Assembly: GCA_013115145.1 (NCBI GenBank)
Contig: JAAPAO010000096.1
Location: 1-64,000 of the forward strand
Direction of reading: 5' to 3'
Source: Perkinsus chesapeaki ATCC PRA-425
Taxonomy: Eukaryota > Protista > Perkinsozoa
DNA length: 64,000 nt
This document shows positions 14,155-25,399 of this stretch, one piece after another; the stretch's first letter is position 1, and each line of letters begins with the position of its first letter. The position numbers were made by a program, and so were the translations under genes. The notes beneath the pieces were generated by a model. The model saw only the letters and a program-made list of their open reading frames with translations, was not told where the DNA came from and searched no databases.

Positions 14155-17100
14155 ATGCCTATCAAGTTTCACTTTCTCTCCCTTGCTGCTCTCACGAGTA
14201 CAAGCATCTCTCTAGCTAGTGTAGGCGGCCCCGACGGAGTCAACCCTTAGTCGTCCTTCAGTTGCTCAGCGGGTTGTCATCTAGTTCAAGTTTCAACGAA
14301 GATTTTGGTAGAGCGTATAAGAAGGTGAGATAACCTCCCTTCTAAATCTCCTGCCTTCTGTATGAACAGGTTACTCATCGCGATTGGGAAGGGTCGAAAT
14401 CAAGTGCGTCTACGCGTGAGGGAGACACACCAGTAAGCTTCTCCACAAGCAGGTTTACTTCAGTACAGGGCTCAGAGTAGACAGTGATCGCTCTACCAAG
14501 CTCGGTTCTTACTAGAATGCGAACGACTGTGACCATTCGCATTATCACTTTTATATCATTATGCTCAGGTAAATCGTCGCAGACGTCACTCTTCTGCTGA
14601 GATTTTCCCGGTATCTTATTCCAGCACTAAGCTTGAGCCTGATCTGTCGTTCAGAAACCGTCAAAGAAAGATCGTCCATTTGAGAGAGTGCAGAGCTTCG
14701 GTGGTTTCGACAAAGAGGAAAGCGTATCTCATAAAATGGACTCTATGCTTCTCATTTTTGCTGTAGATGGAAGCTGAAGTCCCACACACTACGGATGAAG
14801 ATTGGGAACATGCATTTGATACATCCCGCCAAGTGAGCAGTCATGCCATAGTATTATGCTGTGGGATTATAGTACAGTGCGGAAGCTTGGACTAGTAGAG
14901 AAGTGTGCCTTTACCGATAAGACTTTGTACCTATTCAAAGACTTGCTCTCTAGGCGGCTTAATCACATCAGTGTTTAACCGGTGTGAAGGAGCTACCGCT
15001 AACTCCGTACCGCACTTGCTGCAACCCGTCACGGATGTTCAGCACTGTTCCGTATCTTTCTTGATCCATTTTTTTAATTATCATCTGGACATCAATGGCT
15101 TTCAGGCAAGCGAGAATAACGTGGGCCCCGGCAACTTGTTGACACTTGCTGGCAGCAAGTCCCCTCTTCCGCCAGACATTGCGGAGTTTGACCCATTACA
15201 AGGAAAGGTATGCTGCTTACGACTATTATGTATACCGTCTCTTCGTCAGACCGACGGAGATCAAAACGGTTTGACGGCGCATGAGGAATCGGGATACTCA
15301 GCCCAAGTGCGTTTGCAATAAGTTCCTTTTACCAAACTCGGCGTACCTTTCTTTGGTATTCAATTCAGCAGGCTACAGTACGGTAAAGCAGAGATTCTCT
15401 TACCTTCTCCTCGACCACGGTTTCCGCCATCAGCTTACTTCCAGCCTGGGATCAGATTCGTCCTTCAGTTGGTTGAAAATTATGACTTACATTCAGTTCA
15501 TGAGTTTGACTGAGCATGATATACTCGTAACCTCCATTTCATCCAAAACGCTCCCCCGGGGACTTATGAGCATTGTAGCTCAGAGATTATCACTTTGTCC
15601 CTCTGAAGGAAACGTTGTCAACTCTGGTACAAACGAAATTTGGTCCAATAGATTCGTAGCCTTATGTCGACGACTTCCTACTAGAAAGTTCCTTGCCTAG
15701 TCTGAGGGGGCTCCTTCTATCGCAATTGAAAAGATGTTTGAAACGACAGGAATTATTAAACTTGAGAATAGTGGAATACGGAAGGTTAGGGGCATAGATT
15801 TAACGAATACGTCATACTAGCAATGTGATAATATAATGGCTTTTTGTTATAAGAAAGGGTATCCTTGTTGACATCATCTGCTACTCCACTATCGGAGTGA
15901 TTTCCACTAGATGTGCTCGCCAGAATAGTTTCTAAGTCGCTAGTTTGTGCTCACCTTATTCAGAGTACCGGTGACTCGATCCTCAATACTGCTATAATAG
16001 ATAGCGACACTACTGTTACCAGCAGCGGGAGCGGCAGTCACACGAGCAATGTAGAGGATTCTCAGCTGCATATGAGGCAGTGATTGTCATTCACAGGCTC
16101 CCAAGCGACACGAAAGCCAAACGGCGCAACCGCCTTTTGATCAACTCTTGGTAAAGGATGAATACAATATGTTGAAGGTTAGAATAAGCAGAGTTCGCAT
16201 CATTTTCAAGTTTCAGAACGATGTCTTTGGAAGACCAAACCTCATCGGAGGGGAAGGCGAACGGCTTGTTTACCCGGTAGGCCTCAACGCGTGTTACTTG
16301 GCTCTTTCCATTTCTCATAATCTTGAAAAATCAATGTGTCTTAGGAACCCACGTGGACCACACATACTGGCAATTTCATGATCGAGTTTTTCACACCGTC
16401 ATGGTCCCAGGGGCAGCTGGCAATCAGGCAGTTAAGCTGCAAGGCCCGGTTAGATTATCATAATGACCACTTCGCTGGATATGTGTTCCCTAAAGGCCTA
16501 CAGTAGCAAAGGAGCGCCAGCTTGTCACATCCATCTTTCCTTCCTTCAGTCGTTTCAATATGAGGTTCCCTGGATTCCCTGGAGCCCCAAAGGAGCATCG
16601 CCTTTATGGCATACAACACACTGGTCTCCTATCAGACTCTGTCAGACTCCTCTACATAGGGACAGCAGAACCCGTCGAGGGTCCCCCCCAAGACGTCAGG
16701 GCTAGCGCCACTCTACTATATCCAATTACAGTAGCTTTATGCAAGATGATTCAAGATGACATCACTGCTCACGAGCAGGATGGAGACTATAGGATACTCA
16801 AGGTATCATATGGCGATATCTGTATTATATAGCCTTCTCTTAGGATGTTCCATATATCGAAGCGCATAAAAGCATAACAGGAGACGGTGGAGCAGAGATA
16901 ACAGTAAGGTCCACTCTGACCCGCACTCATTATTGAATTGCCCTTCAATCTAGCTGGTATCAAAGGCGCTGCCCGGACCGGATGATTTTCCCAATAAAGT
17001 TGACTCCAGTGTTCCTGAGCCCGAAACTTTAAAGGTAGAAAGAACCCAATGTGCAAAAACGGAGATGCTCATATGGTATCTTCTGCATTCAGGTCGAAGT

Positions 17101-17706
17101 CAAGAAGCGTAAAAAAGGAAATTCAGTCTACACAGTCAAAGACAAGGGCAGCTTCATTTCTTTCGTGTCCGAAAAAGATCGGCTTAGATTCAACGCAATG
17201 TCCTGTCCTGGCAAGTTGCTCGCCAGTAAGATTTCCTACGAGAAGCTCGAAACCAAGCCAGCGTAGAAATTGAGCTTTCTGGGGTGTGAAATGTTTGCAT
17301 GCCTTTTAGGTACATCTCCGCCCAGTGGAGAAGAACGTTCCTTAAAGACTATAATGTGCTTCCTTTCGTGATGAAGGAAAGTGCCTCCGACGAGGAAGTT
17401 ATTAGCGCCTTGCGATGGGTATACTCTGGTCTTCCGTTCCCTCACTCTGGTACGGGTTACATTCCCGGGTCTAAAAGGAAACCTCCCCCGAAGTCCAGTG
17501 CTAACAAGCTGTTTGTGAAGATTCTTTGCTCGAATCCACCGGGAAAATCTGGGGAGAAGAAGAAGAGCAAAGGATCAAAGATTAAGAAGGAAAAGCTACA
17601 GAAGGAGAAAAAGGGGGATAAAAAAGAGAAAAAACCGAGAGATGCCCAAGGTGGAGGCAAAGGGTTTATGAAAGGCCTTTTCACACGAAAGAAGACAGCC
17701 TCATAA
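14155..17706 (+). CDS. Array gene G: secreted two-domain protein with a long N-terminal region (spliced)
   Basis: ATG14155 MPIKFHFLSLAALTSTSISLA. Domain A: GQLAIRQLSCK, YVFPKGL, SVRLLYIGT, PITVALCKMIQDD. Domain B: ISFVSEKDRLRFNAMSCPG, ALRWVYSGL, KLFVKILCSN, then a Lys-rich tail. The region could be two genes. Confidence 0.6.
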
Positions 17707-17814
17707 ATCATACGGTCTTGGCCTAGTGAATTCAGTACAGGATTTCAGAGCTGCGACTCTAACTTACCAAAATTTATTCTATTTGAAGTATCTATAAACT
17801 GGCTCATAAAAAGC

Positions 17815-19552
17815 ATGCGTGTCAGCGGTGTGTATGTTAGACTCAATTCACTCAAGTTGTTGTCCTTGTTAATAAAGGGTTGGTGCTGCTTACGAAGACT
17901 CGAACCAACACTATAGGTTGAGAAATCGAAACACACTTGCTCGCTCTGCTGAGCAGAGCGAGCAACACAAAAGAGCAGAGTCTGCTCTTTCGTGTTCGAA
18001 GCAGAGGGCAATTAGCTGTATGCTTTAGAGCGTTCTTTGTGAATGCTTTCATGTATAGACTTCACCAAAGAGCAACGTTCGATGACGCAACGGACAATAT
18101 CGCTGTATTTCCGTCCATTCTCAACCCACTCGATTTCCTTGGAAGGCTATTCAACATTTCTAGCAAGTTTTACCATTTTTAACTTCTTGCAGGATACTAA
18201 CCGGATAGAACATGAGAACTACAAAGCTGTCTTCACTGACGGGGGCGAACTGGCGCTTGCAGAGCTAATTTGCTTACATCCCACCTTGATAAACTATCAG
18301 ACGGTGTTTAGCTTCCCAGAAGGCTTATCGTAATAAATCTCTTAGATAGGCACGCAGATAGCAGGCTCGAATCTCAGGAGATTCAAGCTCGACATGGCGA
18401 AGCTGGCTGGCGCACCCCGAACGCCACAAGTCTATACCATAAAACGTTCACCTTCTATACAGGAATCTTACGGACTCCTCCTTACCGGTCTGGAGTATTT
18501 CACGAAAGAAAGCAACATGCCTAAAACAGCTGAAGAAGTTATCTTGAAAGGATTGTGCAAGATGGTCGAGGAAGACGTCAGTCTCATGATCGAGAAAGGA
18601 GCAAGTTTGCATTCTGAGGCGACAGGATCCCATGTTTTGCAGCGGCCAGAGAGCAGAAAAGTCATCAATTGGGTTCATCCCATTGCTTAGTTCTCTCCTT
18701 TAGACTATTCCATATTTAAGGCTCACCAAGTTTGCCTTGACAAATACGTCGGCCATTGTTGATGTACCAACCATGCTTAGAATATGCTAAGCTTCGATTT
18801 TGGTCTTCTGCCATGTCAGATGGTATCCGATGAAGCACCAATCGACCTTTCTTTCGCAACTGATTTCGCGTTACCCAGTCCCAGTAGCCTAAAGGTAAGT
18901 TTCATGACTTCTACAAGTTCTGGCAGTATTGCGTCGTTGCTACGGGGCCGTTCATGAGACAGATTTTTCCCGCAATCTTTGAAGGTGCTTGTCATTAGGT
19001 TGCGCCGTCTTCTACTTCGAAAACCTACAAGATTTCTCACGAAGGCAACTGGTTGAAGTTCGGTCTCCGCGATGACTTCATCGTCCTTAAATCTTACCAA
19101 TGCCCTATGGAACCCGGGGAGTCTCACGAGACGTCTCGAATGAAAGAATTCAAGGATAGAAAACGGCCCTTGTAGTGTGATCCCAAGTTCCTCACATACA
19201 CACACTTGTCATTCTTGTCAGTTTATTCGAGACTCGTTGGATGCCATCAGATGCCTTGTCTGATGTAACACTCACATCTTTCCGTATACCCCAAAGTCTC
19301 CAACTTAATATGGCATTTGTTAACGCCTACTTCAAGTGGTTTTATGTTGGGGTGGCCTTGAATTCATTGGAAGGTAGACCCTTCCCACGAAGTTATGCTA
19401 ATCAAGAATATTTGACGACTGCTACCGATGCGAATGACCTATTTATTCGCAACGTGTGCTATTATGCGCGTTTGCGGGTAACGGAATCTAGTGCTCCAGT
19501 CCAAGCTCTAAGGAAGTGCAAATCATGCTCATCTCTTAACGCATTGGTATGA
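17815..19552 (+). CDS. Array gene H: two-domain family member with a short or uncertain 5' end
   Basis: Domain A: AVFTDGGELALAELICL, FSFPEGL, YGLLLTGL, VILKGLCKMVEED. Domain B: LKFGLRDDFIVLKSYQCP, FKWFYVGV, DLFIRNVCYY. The start codon is uncertain (17815 or 18043). Confidence 0.6.
17937..17996. repeat. Twin palindromes with 1-nt centres
   Basis: ttgctcgctctgct-g-agcagagcgagcaa (perfect 14-bp arms) overlaps aacacaaaagagcaga-g-tctgctctttcgtgtt (16-bp arms, 1 mismatch). Confidence 0.9.
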
Positions 19553-19836
19553 AGCTAAAGGATGATGTCATTGTGGCTTATATTGTTGTCCTTGCATGTT
19601 GTACTGTGTGGTTGTCTAATTTCATTTCTTGTGTACATAGTGTAGGCACAGACTCAACAAAGCATGCAAAGTGTAACACAACACATGCCTGATCTGCGTG
19701 AGCTACTACTTGCTACGCAGCCAACAACCTACTACCACATTAAGAGTATTCTTTCAAGCGGTTTATCTTAACACTTGCGAGCGCTACTCCAATAGTGTAG
19801 TATGGAAACGTATAGTAATGTATCATGACAGTGTAC

Positions 19837-22800
19837 TTAAATTAATCGACCAGCATAGCACACAAAGGCACCGCCAGACAGCAGTTCGAGCTTAACGCTT
19901 TCTCTGGCTAACGCAATCGATACCGGCAAGTCAAATACTCCCTCTTCATGTACAGGAGAGGTGCTGGAAGTAACTCGCCACTTCTGCAGCAACTCGATGC
20001 AGAATGAATCGCACTCTCTGCCGAGGACTTCCCATAAGGTGCCAACAACATGAGCGCTTCCTCCCACCATATAGTAGTAAGCTGGAGGGATAGGCTCGAA
20101 CCGTCCATTAGCTATACCGGACTCTGAACACCGAATAGAAGCGCAACCCATGAGAAGGGCATCCGCTCTCAGAATCTGCGAAGCAAGCAACCGGGTGGGC
20201 CTATTTATCGGGTCTTACTCTTTTTTCCATACTACTAGTGGACCAATATTGTCCGCCGCCACTGTGACCAATATAAAGGAATACTCGACGGCTCGAAAGT
20301 GCTTTGATGACTTCTTCAATCGAAGGGTCAGTACCTGGACAGGATAATTGATCACACTGCAGGCCACCCCAATACGATGCAATATTTCGTATTTTTTATG
20401 ATTTCTCATCTACTAGTCATTCACATCTACTAGCTGTAGATGACTCGTCTACTGTAGTAGACTTCTACTATCGACTGTTCCACTCTGAAGCCTCGTAGCA
20501 CATGAATTGTCTGATTGTCAGCATTTCCTATACAAATGCAGTCTCACTGCTCAAGGCGGTGTGTCTCGCGTTCTACGCCAAGACCAAGATTCGAGTAATA
20601 GCGCGAACTGACCGGCTTTTCCTTCCCAGAATTCATGTGCCAAAATAGGGTCGAGCTTCCTATTAGCTTTGGTGAGATCAGCGCTTGGATCAAGAACATA
20701 ATATCCGCCCTTGCCAGCAGCCATGGGATGACTTTGGACCATTAGGTTAATGCAACCACCGCGTACAGTTGGATGTTGTCTGAACTCAGCATGACTCCAT
20801 GTATGCTTTGCTCATCACCTACCCGCCAAGCATGGCTTCTATGGGAAGGTTCATCAGACAGGGTGCTAGGAAGAGGAACAGTGCGGAAGCTCGTCTACTA
20901 CGATCAAGATTAGACCTGAACCGGCGTAGCCGAATTCGCCAACAGCATTTGTATGAACTACCCCTCATCTATATCAAACTCGAGCGCAGCACGGATCATT
21001 TCTCGAGCCTTTCGGCTTGTCGTCGTCTCCGAAGAATCGTCCAAAGCATCCAGGGAGGCCTCGGGTGATGCACAGTCTCCGTTACCGATAGTGAGCAGCA
21101 GACGCCAGTCTCCCAGGAGCTCCTTCCGGATTCGCTCGGTAGCTCGCCACGCTCTGGCTTCGTAGTTGTCTCGACTTCGCCAGAATTTATGACCATCTTG
21201 TTTCGATTGAACAGCGAGGCGGACATCGGCCATGTTGTCGGAAACCACTTGCTCGAGTTTGCCAGCTGCCCGCAGGACCGCCTCGGGTGAGGCCGATAGT
21301 AGCGCCAGCAAGCAGCGACCTACATGAGGGATAACGCAAGCCTTCCCAGGAGGAGACATACCCCAGGGAAATCTACGTAAGAGCCAAAAGCGGCCTAGAT
21401 GATCTTGCTCTATGAATGCAGAGTTGAGGGCGACAGGGTAGTGTTGCGTATCAATATCATCGGCCCATTGGGAGGTGCAAAGACGGACAAGTAACCTTTT
21501 GAGAAAAAGAATGTTTCATCAAAGTAGGCATGTGGTTACTTCTCCCGTGCGAGCCTGTCATCCAGGAACGCTGGAAGGTTGTTCTCCGATGATCGCTCGG
21601 ACACTCGGTATTCCGTCAACATGAAGAGGAAGGCTCTGGATGACCAGGAAACTGAGCGGTGAACTCGAAACAGAGCATGAGAGATGTCACTGACCTGCTG
21701 TGATGGCGGCCTTCGCCACCACACTACTGAATAGCTGCCTATCATGCTTACTGACTTTGCACAAGGAGATGTCCCCCAATAACGATAGCAGCAAGCCTCC
21801 ACCCTTCCGTGCCAGCCATGCACTCTGTGACTCTACAACGGCTTTCTCAAGGCTTGCTCGCACGGTGGCTATGAGCCTGGCCATCTCTGCTATATAAGAG
21901 CAACAGTCTTGTCCAGCCCCCCGGCGCCGATTCGTGTTGCAATCGCTCCGCTGAGTGTCGCTCCCCAGTAGAGCCAAGACCCGCCTCAGGCATTCTGGGC
22001 AAATGGTCAGCTTGGGCTTGGTCTCATGAACCACCCAGTAAGCATGCGTGGCCTCTTGTAGATCTCTCTCGGTTGCACGCTCACGCGCCACACTCGGGAT
22101 CTCCGGCATCGCATCTCCAGCGCACTGAAGGGACGACTAAGGCGATGAGTGCTTGTAGAGAAGCCAACCTCATCGGTGATGCTAGTAAGGAGAGCTTCGG
22201 CAACTGAGCGGACAGTTAGATGGGGGCATTCAGCGGCTTTCTGGTAGAAGAAAAGTGCTCCCTTCTTCGATCCAGTGTCATCATGGGCAACTCCAGTTAG
22301 AAGGGCCGCCTTGTACGCCGCCATTACCTGAAAACTCAAGATCAAAGTAGGCGGAGCGATGCAAGCCTAATTGGTATAAAGCACAGCAGACACTTTCACA
22401 AGGGGGAACGAACGAATGAGTTCAACTTTCATCTGCTGGCGAGAACTAAAAGGCAGCTACATTTCACCTTCCACGCTCCCGAGTCGATCGCGTCGTCCCC
22501 GAACAACTGCCGAGACAGCGAGCTCGAACCGTTGGTGAAGTCACTCACATTCACTGGAGGCCACCGAAGCAATCTGAGCTGCAACGGAGATATCCGACTC
22601 CGAATGGTCCACGGATCCTCACCAGTTTGAGACCTACCGCCGATCTGAGCACGGCTGCGTGGTCCCGACAGTACAGCCACTCCAAGACAGCCAGAAGGAG
22701 CTTTGGCCGCTCCCACCACGCAGGCTCATCAGCCAGGACATTCGCTTTAAGATCGCGGATGGACTCGGCAGACCAGAGGTTAACCGAGAAGTCGGTGAGG

Positions 22801-24170
22801 TGAGGTAACCAGGAGTCCTCTTGAAGGTAACAATTACCACAGGCATGGAGGTGATGATAAAGACTTGACTTCAAAGTTGCGAGTAATGCATTGCTGAGGA
22901 GGATTAGGAATGCTTGGGGCAGCATTGCTTTGCGAACGGCGAAGCGATAAAGTTGTAGAACACTCCCGAGGAATGTATGCTAACGTGGATACAAGAGCTG
23001 CTTCATACGAACCTCCGCAACAAGCATGTTCCCCTCACCTGTCACCATCAGGTCCATTTAATACGACACAGCCGGCCAAGATAATGGTGAGGTCAGAATC
23101 AGACAGCATGAACCATGGCGACGCCACATGATACACCAATTTGGCCAAGTTAGACCAGTCTTTCCCATTGGAGCGTTTGGACTCTAGGACCTGACCGACA
23201 GATAGCTACCGCAGGCCCTCATCAGATGAAGAACCTGAATATCTCGAGCTATCGTCGAGTCAACACCAGTAGTCTCGGTTATCAAATCAACTATTTTGGA
23301 CATAGTTGCCGATGCTTCTTCCGTCTCTGTCAGCGACACTCTAGAGAGTAGGACCGAACACATGAGGATCTTCATATGCTTGGAGAGACCAGGCTCATGC
23401 ATACTAGAAAGTATGAAATCGCGGGACATCTGCCAGACCAATTTCATCTGCGTTCGGGCCGGCCTGCTGACCTGTGCGATTAATCTGGCCAAATCATATG
23501 CCGCCAACTGTATGGCAGCCTCATCATGACCAAGTGCCGCTCTAAGGGGTGCCTCAACAGCTTCAAGGACAGCACGATCACCAGTAGCTGACCTGACCAG
23601 TATGGCTACCATACATCATCACACGTAGAATACCGCGCAACAGTTCGAAGTCTGATAATATTGGTGATAATATTTCCCTGGTCAGTTGACGTCGACAACT
23701 CCTCAGCTATGATCCTTGAGAACACTGTGAACACTTCTTCCTTGTCAGCACCACCTTCAACAACTGGAGCGGCAACAACCGCGCCTAACATGTCTTGGCA
23801 CTGCAATCGACTGTACTAGTCACTTACCCAGGCTGATCAGATCGGTTGCGTGATCCCCGCTGAGTCGTTGAGCTATCCGAGCGGCCAAGAGTGCCCCATC
23901 TAGCGGCTCCAAGGGCTCATTCTCAGTTTTGCCCGCTGCCAGAGTTCTCAACCTCAGTCGGAGCCCGCCCGGCTTGAGGTGAACTGCTTTACATAAAGCT
24001 CGGCGCTCCTTTGAACTCAGTGGAGTCTGATCAACGAAGATTCAACAGTGAGAAGAACTGCTAGCCACCACCTTGGGCAGCACATCAGTTATCTTGCGGA
24101 CTAGAATCCCCACGTCAGAGCCATTACTTGCTCGAGCCAGCTCGGCCAACATTTCCTCAACGGTGACCAT
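19837..24170 (-). CDS. ESP1: Separase (peptidase C50) family protease, multi-exon
   Basis: Spliced C-terminus reads YYVLDPSADL...WEGKAG|TDPSIEEVIKALSSRRVFLYIGHSGG...LLMGCAS...VVGTLWEV...SIALARESVKLELLSGGAFVCY, containing the His/Cys dyad motifs of C50. An upstream exon has FWRSRDNYE...LLGDWRLLL. A long helical N-terminus starts at ATG24170. Confidence 0.85.
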
Positions 24171-24236
24171 GACCTCCTCACTTGTCACTGTAATTCGGTA
24201 TTAACAACGCAACATGACAAGAAGGTAGATGTTGGG

Positions 24237-25285
24237 TTAATTAAGTGGTGCGCACTTGGGCATGTACGCTCCAGCCTCCTCCCTGCACTCGTTCCAGGTG
24301 AGGCGATCTACACAAGAATCAACTTGAAAAATATCTTGGCTGGACCCACCTGGTCCCGTAGGAGAGCCCTCATCTCTGTTCCCGCTACATGGGACCAACT
24401 TGTAGATAAGAGGCCTGAAAGGGTATCGTTGGATAGCTCAGCAGCTGCCTGCTGCTGCTGCTTCTTACAGAGGTGCCTCGGCGACTGAGGGATTGATACC
24501 GGTCTCCTGCTCCAGCACTTCCCTAGTGAACGGCCTTTCCTCTGGTGTCCCAGATTCTATAGAGAAAAACACATAGAATGCTACAATATTATGATGTAAT
24601 ATTGATCCGGATTGGTGATTAGTTCAGATTAAGAAGTCACCCAGGACCACTGAATATGCAATTGGCCACAAGAACAATTACCGTAGGCAACCGGCCGACA
24701 CTTGCTCAAATTGCTATGTGTGTTTCTACATGGCACGACCTGGCTCGGCCCGCGAAGCTGTTTCGGTTGTCCTCTAGCAATGGCCGAGTCGAGGACGCCG
24801 CTCCAGATGCGGCTGCAGCGTACTCGTGGTAAAAGTGGTAACCGTTGTGTATCCCCAACAATTCCATGATAACACTTTGCACCGAGGGATGTGTGCTAAC
24901 ATTATTCCGCAGCGGGAATCTCAACTATTATAATATGGAAGCGCGATAAGCAATGAGTATAGTAAGCAAGTCCTCTTACCTGCAACAAAGGTCGCCAAGG
25001 AGTGGTGATAGCCATTGAACTCGAAGTACCTGATAAATCACAATAATGGTAGGGATTGGAAGAATACGGCTACTCCCGAATGAGCTCATTGATAATGACA
25101 TTTTCCCTGGGTGGTTGCGGCACCTTCTCCTTGCCTTCAGCAACGCCGCCGCCGCCGCAGAGCACGTCGAACACTTCGGCCCGCAACCGTGCTCTCAACT
25201 TGCCCATAGTGCCACGAGATTCTAATGCCGATTCCAAGGCTTCCCGTAGCTCGTTTAAGGAGTCACCCTCAGGCATATGAGACAT
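24237..25285 (-). CDS. FOPNL: FOR20/FOPNL (CEP20)-like LisH centrosomal/basal-body protein
   Basis: LREALESALESRGTMGKLRARLRAEVFDVL...ENVIINELIRE|YFEFNGYHHSLATFVA|ESG...LPLIYKL matches the FOP N-terminal dimerisation/LisH pattern. Confidence 0.85.
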
Positions 25286-25399
25286 GGTAAGAGAGTAGCT
25301 GATAAGAACCTTGCTATTATAGTAGTGCAACGAGCACTGGAAGCAGGTGGAATCATTTCGATCAATTGAGGCTATGCTGTGGTATTTCTACAATTCGCG

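Noticed and set aside
960-19552. BTB/POZ assignment for the array domain (LxxLYxG...LC resembles LLxYLYTG...C)
   Set aside because: The resemblance covers only one helix, and the N-half and signal peptides do not fit BTB proteins. HHpred would be needed to exclude it formally.
24706-24924. 72-aa ORF in the long FOR20 intron containing NGYH, like the neighbouring exon
   Set aside because: Only 4 residues match, there are no fitting splice sites for an alternative exon, and no snoRNA boxes were seen.
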